NCBI GenBank assembly: GCA_001949185.1
Contig: BDGG01000006.1
Coordinates: 2,214,827-2,278,826, forward strand
From: Ramazzottius varieornatus
Taxonomy: Eukaryota > Animalia > Tardigrada
Length of the DNA: 64,000 nt
Reading direction: 5' to 3'
Below are positions 12,805-25,550 of this stretch, in pieces (positions within the stretch are counted from its first letter, which is position 1; every line of letters begins with the position of its first letter). The notes under the pieces were generated by a model that saw only the letters and a list, made by a program, of their open reading frames with translations, was not told where the DNA came from and did not search any database. The position numbers were made by a program, and so were the translations under genes.

Positions 12805-14330
12805 CTAACCTGAGATTCGCTGCATAGTCTGGTTTAAGGAGACCATGTCTGGTCGGACGTAACGGTTAGAAACGTCGCTGTTCCATCTGCCCAAAGATTA
12901 GAGCTCCATGGAGCATCCGGCTTTAGAAGTCGTTGAAGCTGCTCCTATCCGGAAACTATGAGAGGTGAAACCATTTCCCAGAAATGATTGTAGCTCACGA
13001 TTGACTCGTTGACGAGTTAGGTTGTATCCATCATGTGAGGTGAATAATGGAGTATGTTTGGCTGAAGATCTGACCAACATATAAGCGTGGAGCGCTTGTA
13101 GGGGGACAGGTATCCGTTCGGGTTTTTGTGAGATAAATTGCCGGAGATGCGGTTTTGTGATGGGTTTTATCCCGCCGCAAACATATCTGGACGAAATCAC
13201 GGGATATTTGTACATCATTCAGAACAAGGTTCGATTTGTCAGAACTTGTTTTCTTCGAACTGGTGTACTCAGACACACGTAGCATTCCGTAGAAGGCCAT
13301 GGTGAAGGCCGACTAGAGCATTAGTTGGTCGTGACGAGCAATACGAGATGCGAATATGTCCAATTTGAGTTCTCGTACGTGGTCTATCGTTAAAGGTTTC
13401 CTCTTTTAGGTATCTGGACGGGTTTGGTTTGTCAGGCCTTTCAGCAACATCGTAAGGTACAGATCGTTCTTACAGGGATCCTGAAAACCGTTCTCTAGTT
13501 GTTCAGAACGCACGCCGGCTACATGAACTGTCGCTGTTTTCCCGCTTAGCCTTTCGCTATCTAACCATGAAACGAACCGTCTGACCGTTTGGCGATCCGT
13601 ACGTAGATAGGGGAGACGATGACTCAAACAAAAAGAGCGAAATCGCTCAGATACATCTCGGTAGCCTCTTCTGGAAGCCTCTTTTCGCTAACCACCCGTT
13701 CACGTCAGAATCCGGCAAAGCCATCTTTTGACGAAAACTCTGGTCATATTCCAACCAAAAGCGCACGTCGGGCTTTCGTGAAGCCAACCGCCGAATAATG
13801 CCACCATAGGCAAGGAATGGCATAGCCTTATCGGGGTAGTAATAGCTCCGATAAAGTGAGAAAGTCAAAAAAGCATCTTGCCACGAGGGCAAGTAAACGA
13901 TCACCAAGTGGCTATACTAGGGTCACCGGGCTGTTTGCGTTTGAGATTTTCGGGCATGTTTTTTTTGGTTACCGATAGCTCAAACGCAATAGCTATCGGT
14001 AACCAAATCTTGGAAAACAACGTAGGCTGATTTTTGTCGAAGCAACTTGTCGACAGTGGCTGTAACTGGGGGACAGCTGAAGTGAGTTGAGGGACGTAGG
14101 TGAGGTAGGTGAGGCAAGGTTTTGGTTGCGGTACGGCGGGATAGGCGAAGGGACCCGGGAGACCGAGTACGTTGGTGAGGGGGAGCGTACCTGACGTTGG
14201 AGAGCTTGGTTAGTAGCTTCAAGTCGTTGCACGTTACGGAGTAAAGAGGCGACATCTTCTGGCGTGGGACATAGCGTATTGATAGGCAACCGCCTGTTAT
14301 CGAAGCTTTGCTCTGGATAGACAGGACCAA
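12805..14330 (-). mobile_element. DIRS/Ngaro-type tyrosine-recombinase retrotransposon relic (gag-like ORF1 plus YR; RT/RNase H absent)
   Basis: YR motifs AFYGMLRVSE, DKT, TCP, HSFRIGAA, GRWNSDVSNRYVRP (about 13690 to 12805, with stops and a frameshift); upstream WQDAF...FWLEYDQSFRQKMA resembles DIRS/Ngaro ORF1. Confidence 0.9.
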
Positions 14331-15831
14331 GACCAGCCGCACGGTTATCCGGGGCCCGCTGTGTTGAAAAAGCTTCGTTCCCTGCTCGGCCTGCTTGCGC
14401 ACCTCAACCTCGACGATCGAAAGCTTGCTCCACGTGTTCCGAAGGTCCGTCTTGGAAGCAACGTCCAGTTTGACCAGCGGAACTTTCACGCCCGTCCTTC
14501 ACTTGGTCACTTTCCCGTCTTCCTGGTTGTTGCTGCATGGGATGAGTCTCCAGTCCGCTTGCCAGTCTTCCGGTTCCACTTCCAGGCATACGGGAACCGC
14601 TTTCCACTGTTCTAGCGTTGATCTGTCGTTCCTGTCGGTCGAAGGCCGGGAAAAACTCCAGAGCGCGATCCACACTGACTGCGCGCGGGACGACTTTCAG
14701 TGCCGAACGAAGTCTTTTGGCGAGAGGTATCTCCGGGGACGCGGGACGACTTTCACCTGTCGGCGTTAACTCTCTTTATAGTACTTCAGTCAAGAGGCAT
14801 ATTCCGCATATCCATCAAGCATGAGGATATGTGGGGACCAAAGCCACTATTCTTGAAAAACGAGACTTTGGAAATTCACGACGAAGTTCAACAAACGTCC
14901 GTGTGGCCAGTTAAAAAGAACAAACCAAGTCTGGGGGAGTCACTCCAGAAGCAGAAGCAGAATCGAATGTTGTACGACATCGACCCGTAGATCAGCTCAC
15001 TGAAAGTTTGGGTGGTTTGGTTCTCGAAAGTAATTTTACTCATGTTTTTCCTTCCTTCCTTCCGAAAAATATTGCTCGCTTCACGTTAAAGTCAACCTCG
15101 CTACCCAAACAAAATTCGACACCATTTCCGGATGTCTCGTTTTTTTTTCCAGTACTGTACCATAATTATCTTTTATTCTTCATCCGAACTGACAGATCAG
15201 TCTTTTCCTACGTCGGTTGTTTCAGTTTCATTTCATTTTTACTAGTATTCAACTTATTTCAGCTGGTCTACAACATATCGATACAAGCGAAACTGTCCGT
15301 CGGACAACGCGAAAAATAAATAATGTCAGTAACGTATCCCAAAGGGAAACTTTTAGGCGATAAACCAATGTACATTGGATATTCTATAGTTGAGAGCAAG
15401 TACAAATAGTAGTGTTTTCTGGCCAAACAGGAAGTCTTTCCCGACACCTTCCCTCATCCAGCATCGGCAAGCGAGGAAGAAACATACACCATTCGAGCCA
15501 TATCCATCGACATCCAGCTCTCCAATACTCGGAATGCATCGTAAAGCGAGAGAACACAAAGAGAAACAGAGAAACACAAGAGGGGATAAAACATCAAATG
15601 AGAACAGGTTCCGCCACAACAGTTTTTCGCAAAGCTGTCGAAACAAACCATAGTATAAAATTCGCGTTTCATGAACGGAAGCCTTATCTGACAGAGAGAA
15701 AGAATACCAACAACTTTTTTGCATACTGCCCGCGAAATATTATTTCCTTTTTGTCAGAGAGAGAATCAGGTGACGAAAAACAGAAGGAAGAAAAAACTTT
15801 CGTATCTAAAGACGCCAAGGAAGCACAGAGT

Positions 15832-18800
15832 TTAGGACCAGCCTGCATTGTACCCATCCTGTGGGTTCTGATAGACTACTGAGTGTTGTTCATAGGGGTT
15901 CTGCACTTGCATCTGTTGATGCTGTTGCTGTTGGGCATAGAAGCTCTGCTGCTGTTGTTGCTGCTGCTGCTGCTGCATGAGGGTACTTGAGTTGGGTGCA
16001 GTGACAAAGTGCGTTGGCTGTTGAGGTGTCGTGGCGTACGGACTGGCTGCGGTCGGTCGATAGCCGGCCATCTGTCTCATGGCCGCTTGATGTTCCATTG
16101 CACTGCTCGCAAGAGGAACAGGATTGTTGTAGGCCTGTTGAGTAGCAGCTGGGTAGTACATCTTGCTAGCTGGCTGTTGGGGCATCATGGCTGTCCGGTA
16201 CTGAGGACGACCGGGGTAGCCGTTGACGTTGACAGGGTACGGTGAGGAAGCGAAGCGCGCGGAGGCTTGTTGAGACTGTTGTGCGAGGTGAGCTTGGTGT
16301 TGAGCTAGTTGGGCTGCTGATGGTGCAGCGTAACCTTGAGGAACGAGACCGGCTGCAAGGAAAAGAAAAAGTGAGAAAACTGGTTACGTGGACGGAGAGA
16401 CGTCTTTCGAGGTGACTGACGCAAGGTCGTGTGCGAGATGAGGTCTTCAAGGGAAAAAAAGCTTACTAGTTCATCATGTCATGGACAAACAAAAAACTTG
16501 TAGCAGTTCGTATCGACGATTCCGATGGGGAGAAAAGCTTCATCAAACGTCAGAAAACACCGTAGAAAATCCAAATACCCCGATAGTAGAGAACGTGTCG
16601 TGCCCAAGCGAAATGACTAACTCCAAAATTTAGAAAATCGTCAAAAATGGTCGTAAAAGACAATGGATGTCTTTTGTTCTGTTGTACCAGTCTTTGTAAA
16701 ATAGAATGCCAAAAGGGAGCTTGGCGAGTGGACTCGAAAAAATCGTTTTCGTACGCGGCACACGGCTCTGATCGCTAACACTAAAAGTGTGCGCCACTTG
16801 GGTAAGATAATCTTGTCGTATTCTTCAAGTGGCGCACACCTTCAGCCAATACCGAGAAGAGAGTGCGCCACTTGGCAAACAATCGTCTGGCGCCTTTTTG
16901 CCGAGCTCTAGATTCGCGAATCACCAAAATGCTGTCCTCGGGATTCTCGGACTAGAGTAAAAGACGCTTTTTCAACTTGAATTAATTCACCTGGTTCCAT
17001 ACCTGGCTGGTAAACCACTTTCGAACCGGGAGCATGTCCGTGCGGTTGCATGGACTGTGGTGGTACCCCATAGCCCGCCGGGACCTCGGCGCCACTCTGC
17101 TGCATAGCCTGTAAACTCTGCATGCTCTGCATACCGTTCATCTGTTTGAGCTGTGCCGGATGATATCCACCGGTCATACCACTTTGTGCTGCCATGCCAT
17201 CAGGCGTGGTCTGCCAGCGGCCAGTCCCCATGGCGCCCGGCGAACTCCGCTGTTGCTGCTGCTGCTGCATGAGGCCGTTGTACGGAACCTGTTGATGAGG
17301 CGTCATTTGGCCGATGCGACCATAAGCTCCCTGCTGTGCTTGCTGCTGGAAGACGGTGGCCTCCACCGGGGAAGACCCAAAGGTGGTAACCATGTCGGGG
17401 TGACCACCGGAGGAAGCGAAGGGCGAAACGGCTTTGGGCATATACTGTCGTTGCTGCTGCTGCATCTGTGCCTGTTGGGCCATGAGTTTGTTGTGTTGAA
17501 AGACGGCCTGTTCTTGCTTTTCGGCACTGCTGAGGTTTGGTCCGCCATTGGGGAAGAAGGTGTTACGTGAGGCAGCGGTGAAGTCCCGCAGCTGCTGCTG
17601 CTGCTGACTTGGCGCTTGCTGACTGGCAAAAGTGCTTCCTGGTGGCAGAACCTCAGCTGACGTGAAACCTGTCACAGAAACAGAAACACACGCAAATTGT
17701 AGAGACGTAAACAAATTTCACTTCAAGTGTTGTGTCATTGTCCAAGGTTCACAAAGGCTCAATAGCAAATGCCTGCTGTTCAGCACAAAGGAAACCAATA
17801 TAAACGTAACACTACCAACAACAAACCTAATCCCCCACACTGATACCTATTCCAACCTCTTCCACCTTGCGAAAACTGAAACTTCCTCTTTGCACAACTT
17901 TTCGCAATCATATGGCGCCAAGGGGAAGAAACTCGTCCTGATGATTTTCTCAACTGGCGCACACTTCCAGCCAACCAGACCGAAACCGTGCGCCACTTGG
18001 TAAATCCAACTCTGACTGTTTGCCCAACTGGCGCACGTTTTCAGTGTTAGGGGCTGAAAGCTTGCGCTACTCAGAAAAGCGATCTTGTCGAGTTCGTTTG
18101 CCGAGCTCCCAAATTTTGAAAAATGTGTATTTACTTGTCACTGCGTCTGAATTTGGCAGTTTCAATGTGATCAATGTATTTGAAGGCGTGTGTTTTACCG
18201 TTTTGATTTATTTCGTCGAGGAGAGGTGTGCTAGGAAGACTTTCGTGTTTGAGGGAGGAGGAGCTGTCGCGACCACCGCTGGCTGGGGTTCCAGCGGCGG
18301 TGCCCGGAGGCCCGAAGGGTACGGCTTGTGGGGGAGAGTTGTAGGCATCGAGAGCGTCCACTTCTTTGGCCAGGTTGCCCGTCAGTTGATCACTAATCTG
18401 CTGGAGCATGTCCCCCACATCGAAGTTGCCTTCGGGGTCGTCGCCGGAGAAGAGGTCGTCTATCGAGCCGAGGCCGGCAAAGTCAGGGAAGTCTTGGCCG
18501 AACTGACTAAGGCTGCCGTTCAAGTCGATGTTGCTTTGCGGATCGGAGGAAGACAGGCTGGGAAGGTCGTGCTCGAGGCTCTGATCGGTCTTGATGGCCG
18601 GGGACGACTGTTGCTGAAGATGCTGCTGCTGCTGTTGTTGTTGCTGCTGCTTCATGTACGTTAAGGCGTTGAGATTCTCGTCGTTGATAACGCTCACCGG
18701 TAGGACGTCGAGTTTCTGTAAACAGAAAAAGATCATTTTGAGCCATCGTCGTCTCTTCGTTCATCATCTCGTACGATGCCTCGGACAAACGACAGAACCG

Positions 18801-19380
18801 GTTTCTGAGCCAGTTCTGACTCGAGCAGAGACAGGTTAGCACACGACCTGCTGCAGCGCGTTGCACTGACCATAAGCCCCAGCGGCTCAATGCAAAAGTC
18901 ACAGCAACGTCAGTCAACCGGTTATTCTGGTACGCTGAGACGTGCACCTGCATACACCACACACAAGCACCAGTTCCATCGCGCACATGCAAACATTTCA
19001 CCACGTCACGCATATGCGTACGCCGAACAATGTTATGTCCCTGAGACGTGCACCTGCATACAGGTCGTAGTTTTTCTGCACCACTGTAATTCGGTCATTT
19101 TCAAAGCAAAAGAACAAACCTTGGAGCTCTTGTCACTTTTTTCCTTTTTGGACTTTTTCTTGGTGCCTTCCAGGAACTTTTTGCGCAGAGGTTCAGTCTC
19201 CATGATCTCTTTCCTGTATTCACCTTGAGCGAATTCGATATAGTGTTCCTTTTTGTGTTCGCTGTGCTTCTTGAACGTCCCGACGCGCCGTTTGAAGCGA
19301 TCCAGGCTCTTCTTCTGGTTGGGCAAGACTGCCATCTTGGCGGCGATACAGTTGAGGTAGGGCTCCGTGGAAGGCACCAT
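15832..19380 (-). CDS. mam: Mastermind-like Notch transcriptional co-activator; exons 19380(or 19335)-19120, 18715-18199, 17668-16991, 16352-15832 (about 643-658 aa)
   Basis: N-terminal basic helix VLPNQKKSLDRFKRRVGTFKKH...METEPLRKKFLEGTKKK resembles the Mastermind CSL/NICD-binding domain; followed by an acidic region and polyQ tracts. All three introns are GT-AG with consistent phases (0,1,1). Confidence 0.8.
16715..16910. mobile_element. MITE, GTGCGCCAC-hairpin family, copy 1 (mam intron)
   Basis: Ends GGGAGCTTGGCGA / TTGCCGAGCTCT; three internal GTGCGCCACTTG motifs in alternating orientation. Confidence 0.65.
17940..18110. mobile_element. MITE, GTGCGCCAC-hairpin family, copy 2, inverted relative to copy 1
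   Basis: Ends TTGCCGAGCTCCC; its reverse complement aligns colinearly with 16715-16880 (terminus, CTAACACT block, three motifs). Confidence 0.65.
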
Positions 19381-22300
19381 CAGGTGCTGGGTCTCCGTTT
19401 CACAGACTGTAACACAGAAAAAGAGCACAGGTTACGCGTTAAGTAGCCAGCAGGAGAAAAAATCCGTCTCCGATGGAAGATGATTACAGTGACACGATAA
19501 CTCTGTTTACACTTGACACAATTATCGCATCACAACAAGCGCTTTTCCTTTCCTTCCGTAGCACCTCGTCATCTTGACTTACCATTATCCATGTCAAAAC
19601 CATGCATTGGGAAGCACGTCAGGCAGATGTCACCTTGTACTATCTCAGAACTTTAATCATCGTGGAGGAATGTCCGAATATTTTTGCAACAAAAATAAAT
19701 CCGCTGTAATCGTCACGATCAATCAACAATCGAACGATAGCTACGGCTTGGGGAGATGATCAAGCAGGCAATCAAGAATCAATGGGGAAGACTGGCCTGT
19801 GGCACTTTGACGTGGGAGAACCGTAGGAAAAAGGCAGGGAGCCAAGACCCAGGTCAAGCTGCGCAGTGCGCACAAACGCTGGCAGCGCGCACTGGCGTTT
19901 CGCTACGATCGCAAGTGGTCAAGCGCGGTTAATTGAAATCGAGGATAAACAAGGCTCGACATGGAGCTTGAGCTGGAAGTGATGTTTGGGAACAAACGCC
20001 AATGTGATATAGTCCACAATACACAAATATCGATAATTTGAGGCAGCAATCATCGGCTACACACACGACATGAGCCAAGCGCTGTGATCGCACTACAGTA
20101 AGCATAATATTCTCTAAGTTAACTCTCAACATTTTGACGGTGAATACATGTCGAGCAACTTAGCCTGTGAGTAAGGCGCCATTGCGGGGACAGACAGGCC
20201 AGATTACGCTACTCGTAAAAATATGGAAAATGTACCAGTCTCTGGCGTTGTGGCTAAATAAAACCGACCGAGTGGCGTAGCAGTCTTGCTACTTTACTTC
20301 TCTCGTTGTCATACTCTGTCTCTTGCTCTTTATTTCCCACCCAAGCTAACTTTGCCTGCCCGTTTGCCGTACGCGCGGGCCGCGTGAGTATATTATGCTT
20401 GTTAGTAGTGGTTAGTTGGTGCAGTTCGCAACTCTCTTCAAGCCTGCTGGTATGCAATGCTGAAGTGTACCGAGGTGATCGAGAGCAGCGCTTTAGCGCC
20501 CAGTCCAATCCAATCACAGTCTTCAATGCCGTTCATAGCTATAATGACACACAACACTGTCGACAGAAGGCAAAGGCAGGACATCCAACCATTGACCTCT
20601 TTTTGATACCGTACAGACATGCCTACAGCAGCGGCAGATTTCTACGATCTGTGTACAGTGCTAACCCTCTAGTATGGCCCACGTTACCCAGAGCCTCGCC
20701 TACTGGTTGGTTACGCTTCATTGTAGGCTTGAGTAGTCCTACGTGTACGCTGACGCACTGACCTAGCCTCAATTACTTGGTCCTTCGAGTTTCGCGAATG
20801 GTACCTACTGTACCGGGAAGTACACTGAATCAAAGTTATGTCTTTGTTCCGGGATCATGAGTCCCAAGGTCCAGCCAGAACTGAAAGGACGGGGACCCAA
20901 CGTATCTGCCAATGCGTATCTTCGGAACGCGGGGACCCACTCATGGTTCCTGGGGGACCGTCCGAGACTCAACTCGAGTTTGTTGAAGTTCTTCGGGTAC
21001 ACGGTCTGTTGCTTGCCAAATGAATATGGGGACACTGAACCTAATGTTCTGGAGCCTAGAATCGTAATACTGATACTCGGGATGTATCCTACCGTATCTG
21101 ACCATTTCATGGTGGAAACTCCGACAGTGCGGACTTAGTACTGCGTTAGCGCTGCGTAATAGGCTTTGAGGTCCTACAGTGTGTCAGCGTAAGGACTTTT
21201 AAGAGGCTTACTGATCATTGTATCTGTGATCGCCAAAATGAATAAATATGGTGGTAACGATGATTTCTCTGTATGGGCCTCTTTGTTAGAGCGAACTCCC
21301 CTCTTCACACAGTTACAGTCACACTCACAAGTCAAACAGTTCCGCACCCGCCGCTGTCTGCGTCTGACTGGTGCTGCTGAGAAACAAGTGACGCACACAA
21401 GTACCCGGAGCTAGCTAAGTTAGCTCGGAGTCAGAGATAGATAAACTAGCCGGTGCCGCGAAAAGTACACTGCTTGTAATGGCATTCCAGGCCTTTCTCG
21501 CCATCAGTTTTAGTTTGTCTCGCTGGCTGTTGCATGAGGAGGCTCGATTAGCTAGCTAGCTACGAGATAGAACAAGACTCTTGTGAAGAGATGTATAAAA
21601 TATTTAGCGATATGACTGCAGTTAAGTTCATCGCTGCTGCTGTACCGTAGGGTGTACGAGCGAACGATAAGTCGAAAGCATGGCGTCGATGAAGTCGACA
21701 ATCATGATGGAAGCTGCCCTGGGCCTTCGTCTAAAGCTCATGATTTCGCGCAGCGCTCTTGCGGCAGGTATACATACGTTACCACGTAACAGCCCATCAC
21801 GAGATGGCTTTCGCAGTAGCAACAACAAGTCAGCATTACGGAAAAAGTCTGTTCGCTACACTGCGGGATTTTGCCTCTGCGTCAGCAGGTCGCTGCTGAT
21901 TTTTCGCTGAATAGAGCTTAATCGGGGAACCCTGGAAAGATGAGACAGCCAAAACATCCGATGAACTAGGTACGAAAGTACGTCATTGCAGGAAAGTTGA
22001 CTAACAGGTTCTTAGCAGGTGATAACAGAACGCTGTTAGCCGGTGGTCACTACGCCTGGGTTTTACCACGTACACGGCATTGGTCATATGCAGTATCATC
22101 ACTCGAGTGTACACTGTATATGCTCGAGATGGCTACATCTCGAAAGAATACAGGTGGGCTTCAGACACAATCAGACTTTCGACACATCGAAGTAAGACGT
22201 TCAATAGCGGTGCCATGGATAAGGAAAACAATTGCAATGAGATCTCGCACAGACTTTCGGAACGCGCCCGATGAACCAGAACCGGTACACATGCTCGAAT

Positions 22301-24333
22301 AGCAGGCCACACTGGGCGTAGAACTTTTCGAACAACCCCTCGCATGACAGATGAACAACGACTTACGTCATGCCACTTTATTACAATTTTTATTGTCGGG
22401 GCCGCGTCAACCCGAAAACAAGCGGACAATTAGAATTGCCAACGAGATGGAAGTGACGCTCGCCGGTAAGCTGCAGGAGCTTTTGTGGACCAGGAGCCAT
22501 GTATAGCAGTGTATCCACCTGTGAATCCACAAGAGTGAAAGCCGTAAAATTGACTGAAAAACGTCAGCTTTGAGCGTTTCGCAAAACATTCGCATTATCA
22601 TGTGATGTTGTTGTCGTCCTGAATACCGCCGTCAAAGCCTTCAAGTCTTCAACGAAGTCACGTTTGCTACTTCGCTGCAAGCCTCAGTGCGGCACTCGAC
22701 AATTTGAAAATTTCTGTTGAAAGTAAACTGACAAGGAATTACGGATAATGGTTAATGGATATTTTTGAGCAAGACAAGTAGCTACTAATAGTGCTAATAA
22801 TTTCCAGCGGGTATTTAGTCGCAGTTAGCGGTACAGGGAACTGCTCTGCCACACACTTGATAAATTCTTTCCTCAATCTTTATTGCGGCTGGCACAGTTC
22901 GCGAACTGTCGTCGAAGGCTCGACTAGTGGTTCTTGGCAGTGTTCTGCCGTGACAGAAACACATCAACACGCCATAAATGAATTGTCGCGATCCACGGCA
23001 AATATGACATTAATCATCACATACTCAGCACGGTACCTTTATGACGTAATGTTAATAGTTTAAGGCCCGTTATGCATAACGATCCTCTTGATTCAGAGGT
23101 CTTGTTCTCCCTGATAAATGATTCCAGCAGGGAAATGAAGGACTAACCGTCCGTTAGTTGATAGTGGGACAGATTAGCTGTCAATAGATCCCGCTTCAGA
23201 AAAAATAATTATTGAATTTTGTCATATTGTTGTCGGTGATTATGCCACAGTCTGATCAAACACTGACCGTACTTTCGTCTGTTTCGAAGAACTGTTGTTG
23301 CGATGGTGGAAAGTGTGATCCTCGTGGCGCCCTCTACGAACCACGACTGTGTTGATCGGCGACCCAGCTGTCGCGATCGTCAGCGCTTATTTTCGTCTGG
23401 GACTCAAAAGATGCTTGAAAACGACTTGTTTGCCACGAGCAATTAAACCTGGGAAGGTGCCTTGATGCAGCGATTACTCTGGTGGTTTGTGTCGGTGTCA
23501 CGAAACGGCTCTAGCTATTCTGCGTACTGCTCCAGATAAAAGTGAAAAATACCCTCTTGTTTACATGTAGCGTCATGATGGATTTCTGAGAAGGCATATA
23601 TCGTTCCGCGGACGCCATTGTGGCTAAAAAGTGCCTAACTGGATGAAAAGTAGGAGGCAAGGGACTTGCGCGCTTCCTTTTGCTCCTGTCTAGCCCCGGC
23701 TCCTTCTGTATCGACACCAACGTCAGCAAGACAAAGGCGTAAAACGGACCGTAAGTAGCTTATCGATTTCCGTTTCTTGGGAAAGTGATGCCCGTATTTC
23801 CATTGATTTTGCTCCGCAGTTTGTAGACCGCAAACGTTGTGGTATAGTCAGGGAACTTCGCTGCTCAGCTGCTCTCTTTGTTTCGTTGGCGGAATGTTTA
23901 TGAGTGTGAATCTTTAAACGAGCTACGGTCCTCCGGACGAGGTCGCCTGCAAGCTTCAAAGGCGACACAGTTAGGAATCAATCAATACCACGGATTTCCT
24001 TGATTACGCGCATCAACACAATGCGATAAGCGCGTCATGCACCTACATGCATGCGCCCCTTTGGACTTTGGACTACCATGCGCACAGGACCTTAGTGCGT
24101 AACTGGACCAAAATTCTCCATTTGCTTGACCCGTTTTGACTTTGATTGATTCAATAGTAGACCGAGCGGCACTCATGCAGCGCAGGCTGGTAGTCATGGC
24201 CGGTTGATTTGGCTTGAGCTGTCATCCACAAAACCGAACAGCTGATAGAAAACGCAGATCACTTTTCCCTCTGCATCCATCTTCCCATATATTTATCTCA
24301 TCCCTTCTATTTCTTTATAGAATCTCGGGGACC

Positions 24334-25145
24334 ATGGACCAAGAAGTCAAGGAAAACGTTGTGACGGAGAAAGTCGTCGTTGCTGACAACTCCACGATCG
24401 TCGAATCTGGAGCCTCGGAAGGGGGATTGTATGGCATCGTCCAGGATATCGTTCAAAACCCACTCAATCTCATTCTGCTGTCCATCTGTTTCTACCTCCT
24501 GTGGAAGATCATTCAAGAGCGGTTCCTGAAGAAAGAAGCGCCCGTTCCTAAACGTTCTCCTCCACTGCCTAAGCTGCCCAAGCGAGATTTTACTCTGGCC
24601 GAACTTCGCTCATACGACGGAACTGCCTCTTCCCCAGATGGTCGCATTTTGGTGGCCATTAACGGCAAAGTTTTCGACGTTACTCGTGGGAAAAGCTTCT
24701 ATGGACCAGGTAGGCCTTGCCTGTTTGTATGAGACATTATTTCTAATTTCTTCTGAGTTTCAGGTGGCGCGTATGACAATCTGGCCGGACACGATGCTTC
24801 TCGTGCCTTAGCGACATTCGCCCTGGGACCTGATGCTTTCCGTGACACCTACGACGACTTATCCGACCTGACCATTGACCAGATGAACACCATGAAGGAC
24901 TGGGAAGCTCAATTTCAAGGTACGTTTACCTCTCACAGATTGCGAAACTGTTCTGACGGACTTGTTTCACAGACAAGTACGATTTGGTCGGTCGTCTCCT
25001 TCGACCTGGTGAAGCTCCGCACGATTACGCTATCGACGACGAAGAAGAAAGCTCCAATGGCCCTTCCACTGGTACCTCCACTCCTGCTCGCGTTGATTCG
25101 AAAAGTGAAATTGTCACATCGATCGAGACCAAGAAGATCAAGTGA
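24334..25145 (+). CDS. PGRMC1: Membrane-associated progesterone receptor component (PGRMC/MSBP, cytochrome b5-like); exons 24334-24709, 24764-24919, 24973-25145
   Basis: TM segment (PLNLILLSICFYLLWKI), then RDFTLAELRSYDG, ILVAINGKVFDVTRGKSFYGPGGAY, AGHDASRALATF, YDDLSDL, DWEAQF, KYDLVGRLLRPGE; 54- and 53-bp GT-AG introns. The symbol marks the family, not a specific vertebrate paralogue. Confidence 0.95.
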
Positions 25146-25550
25146 GGCGTTTCCGCTGCCTTTCTTGTCGCGATGGGTTTCTATTCCACGCTGTTTTATG
25201 CTCAATCAATGAACCCAAGCCAATCAATCCATTTAGAGTTATATTTTTGATTGTTTTACCGACCTCAAGCGTACGTCCATTTTGTTTTCTTCATCACCGT
25301 GCACTTGTTCGAGCGCGTTTGAATTTTCACCGTTGCGCACGCGCCATCAGTGAAATTGGTTGCGCACTTCGACATTGCTAGCCTGCTTTTGGTTCATGCG
25401 GTTCTGCTGTACTTTTTGCGGTTCTTACTTTTTGGTCTTCCGGGTTTCGCCAGTCCTTTACGAATGAACCGTTAACCCAGTTGAGTTTATAAACATACAA
25501 GAGCAATTTTGTACAAACGAACAGTTTAAAATTCATGAAAGAGAAGGTAC

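Noticed and set aside
12805-13690. Phage integrase or bacterial horizontal transfer
   Set aside because: Motif style (HSFRIGAA, GRWxS..RY) and the adjacent gag-like ORF fit DIRS/Ngaro retroelements better.
14330-14800. Coding-like minus-strand fragments upstream of the DIRS relic
   Set aside because: No recognisable motif; cannot tell whether they belong to the element.
18020-18664. Long antisense ORFs over mam (and similarly over Toll, AKAP17A and the secreted pair)
   Set aside because: Shadow frames of real coding exons.
20250-22600. Scattered ORFs upstream of mam, including an HVHGIGH motif suggestive of a HUH/Helitron Rep
   Set aside because: No supporting Rep or helicase motifs and many stops; cannot be assigned.
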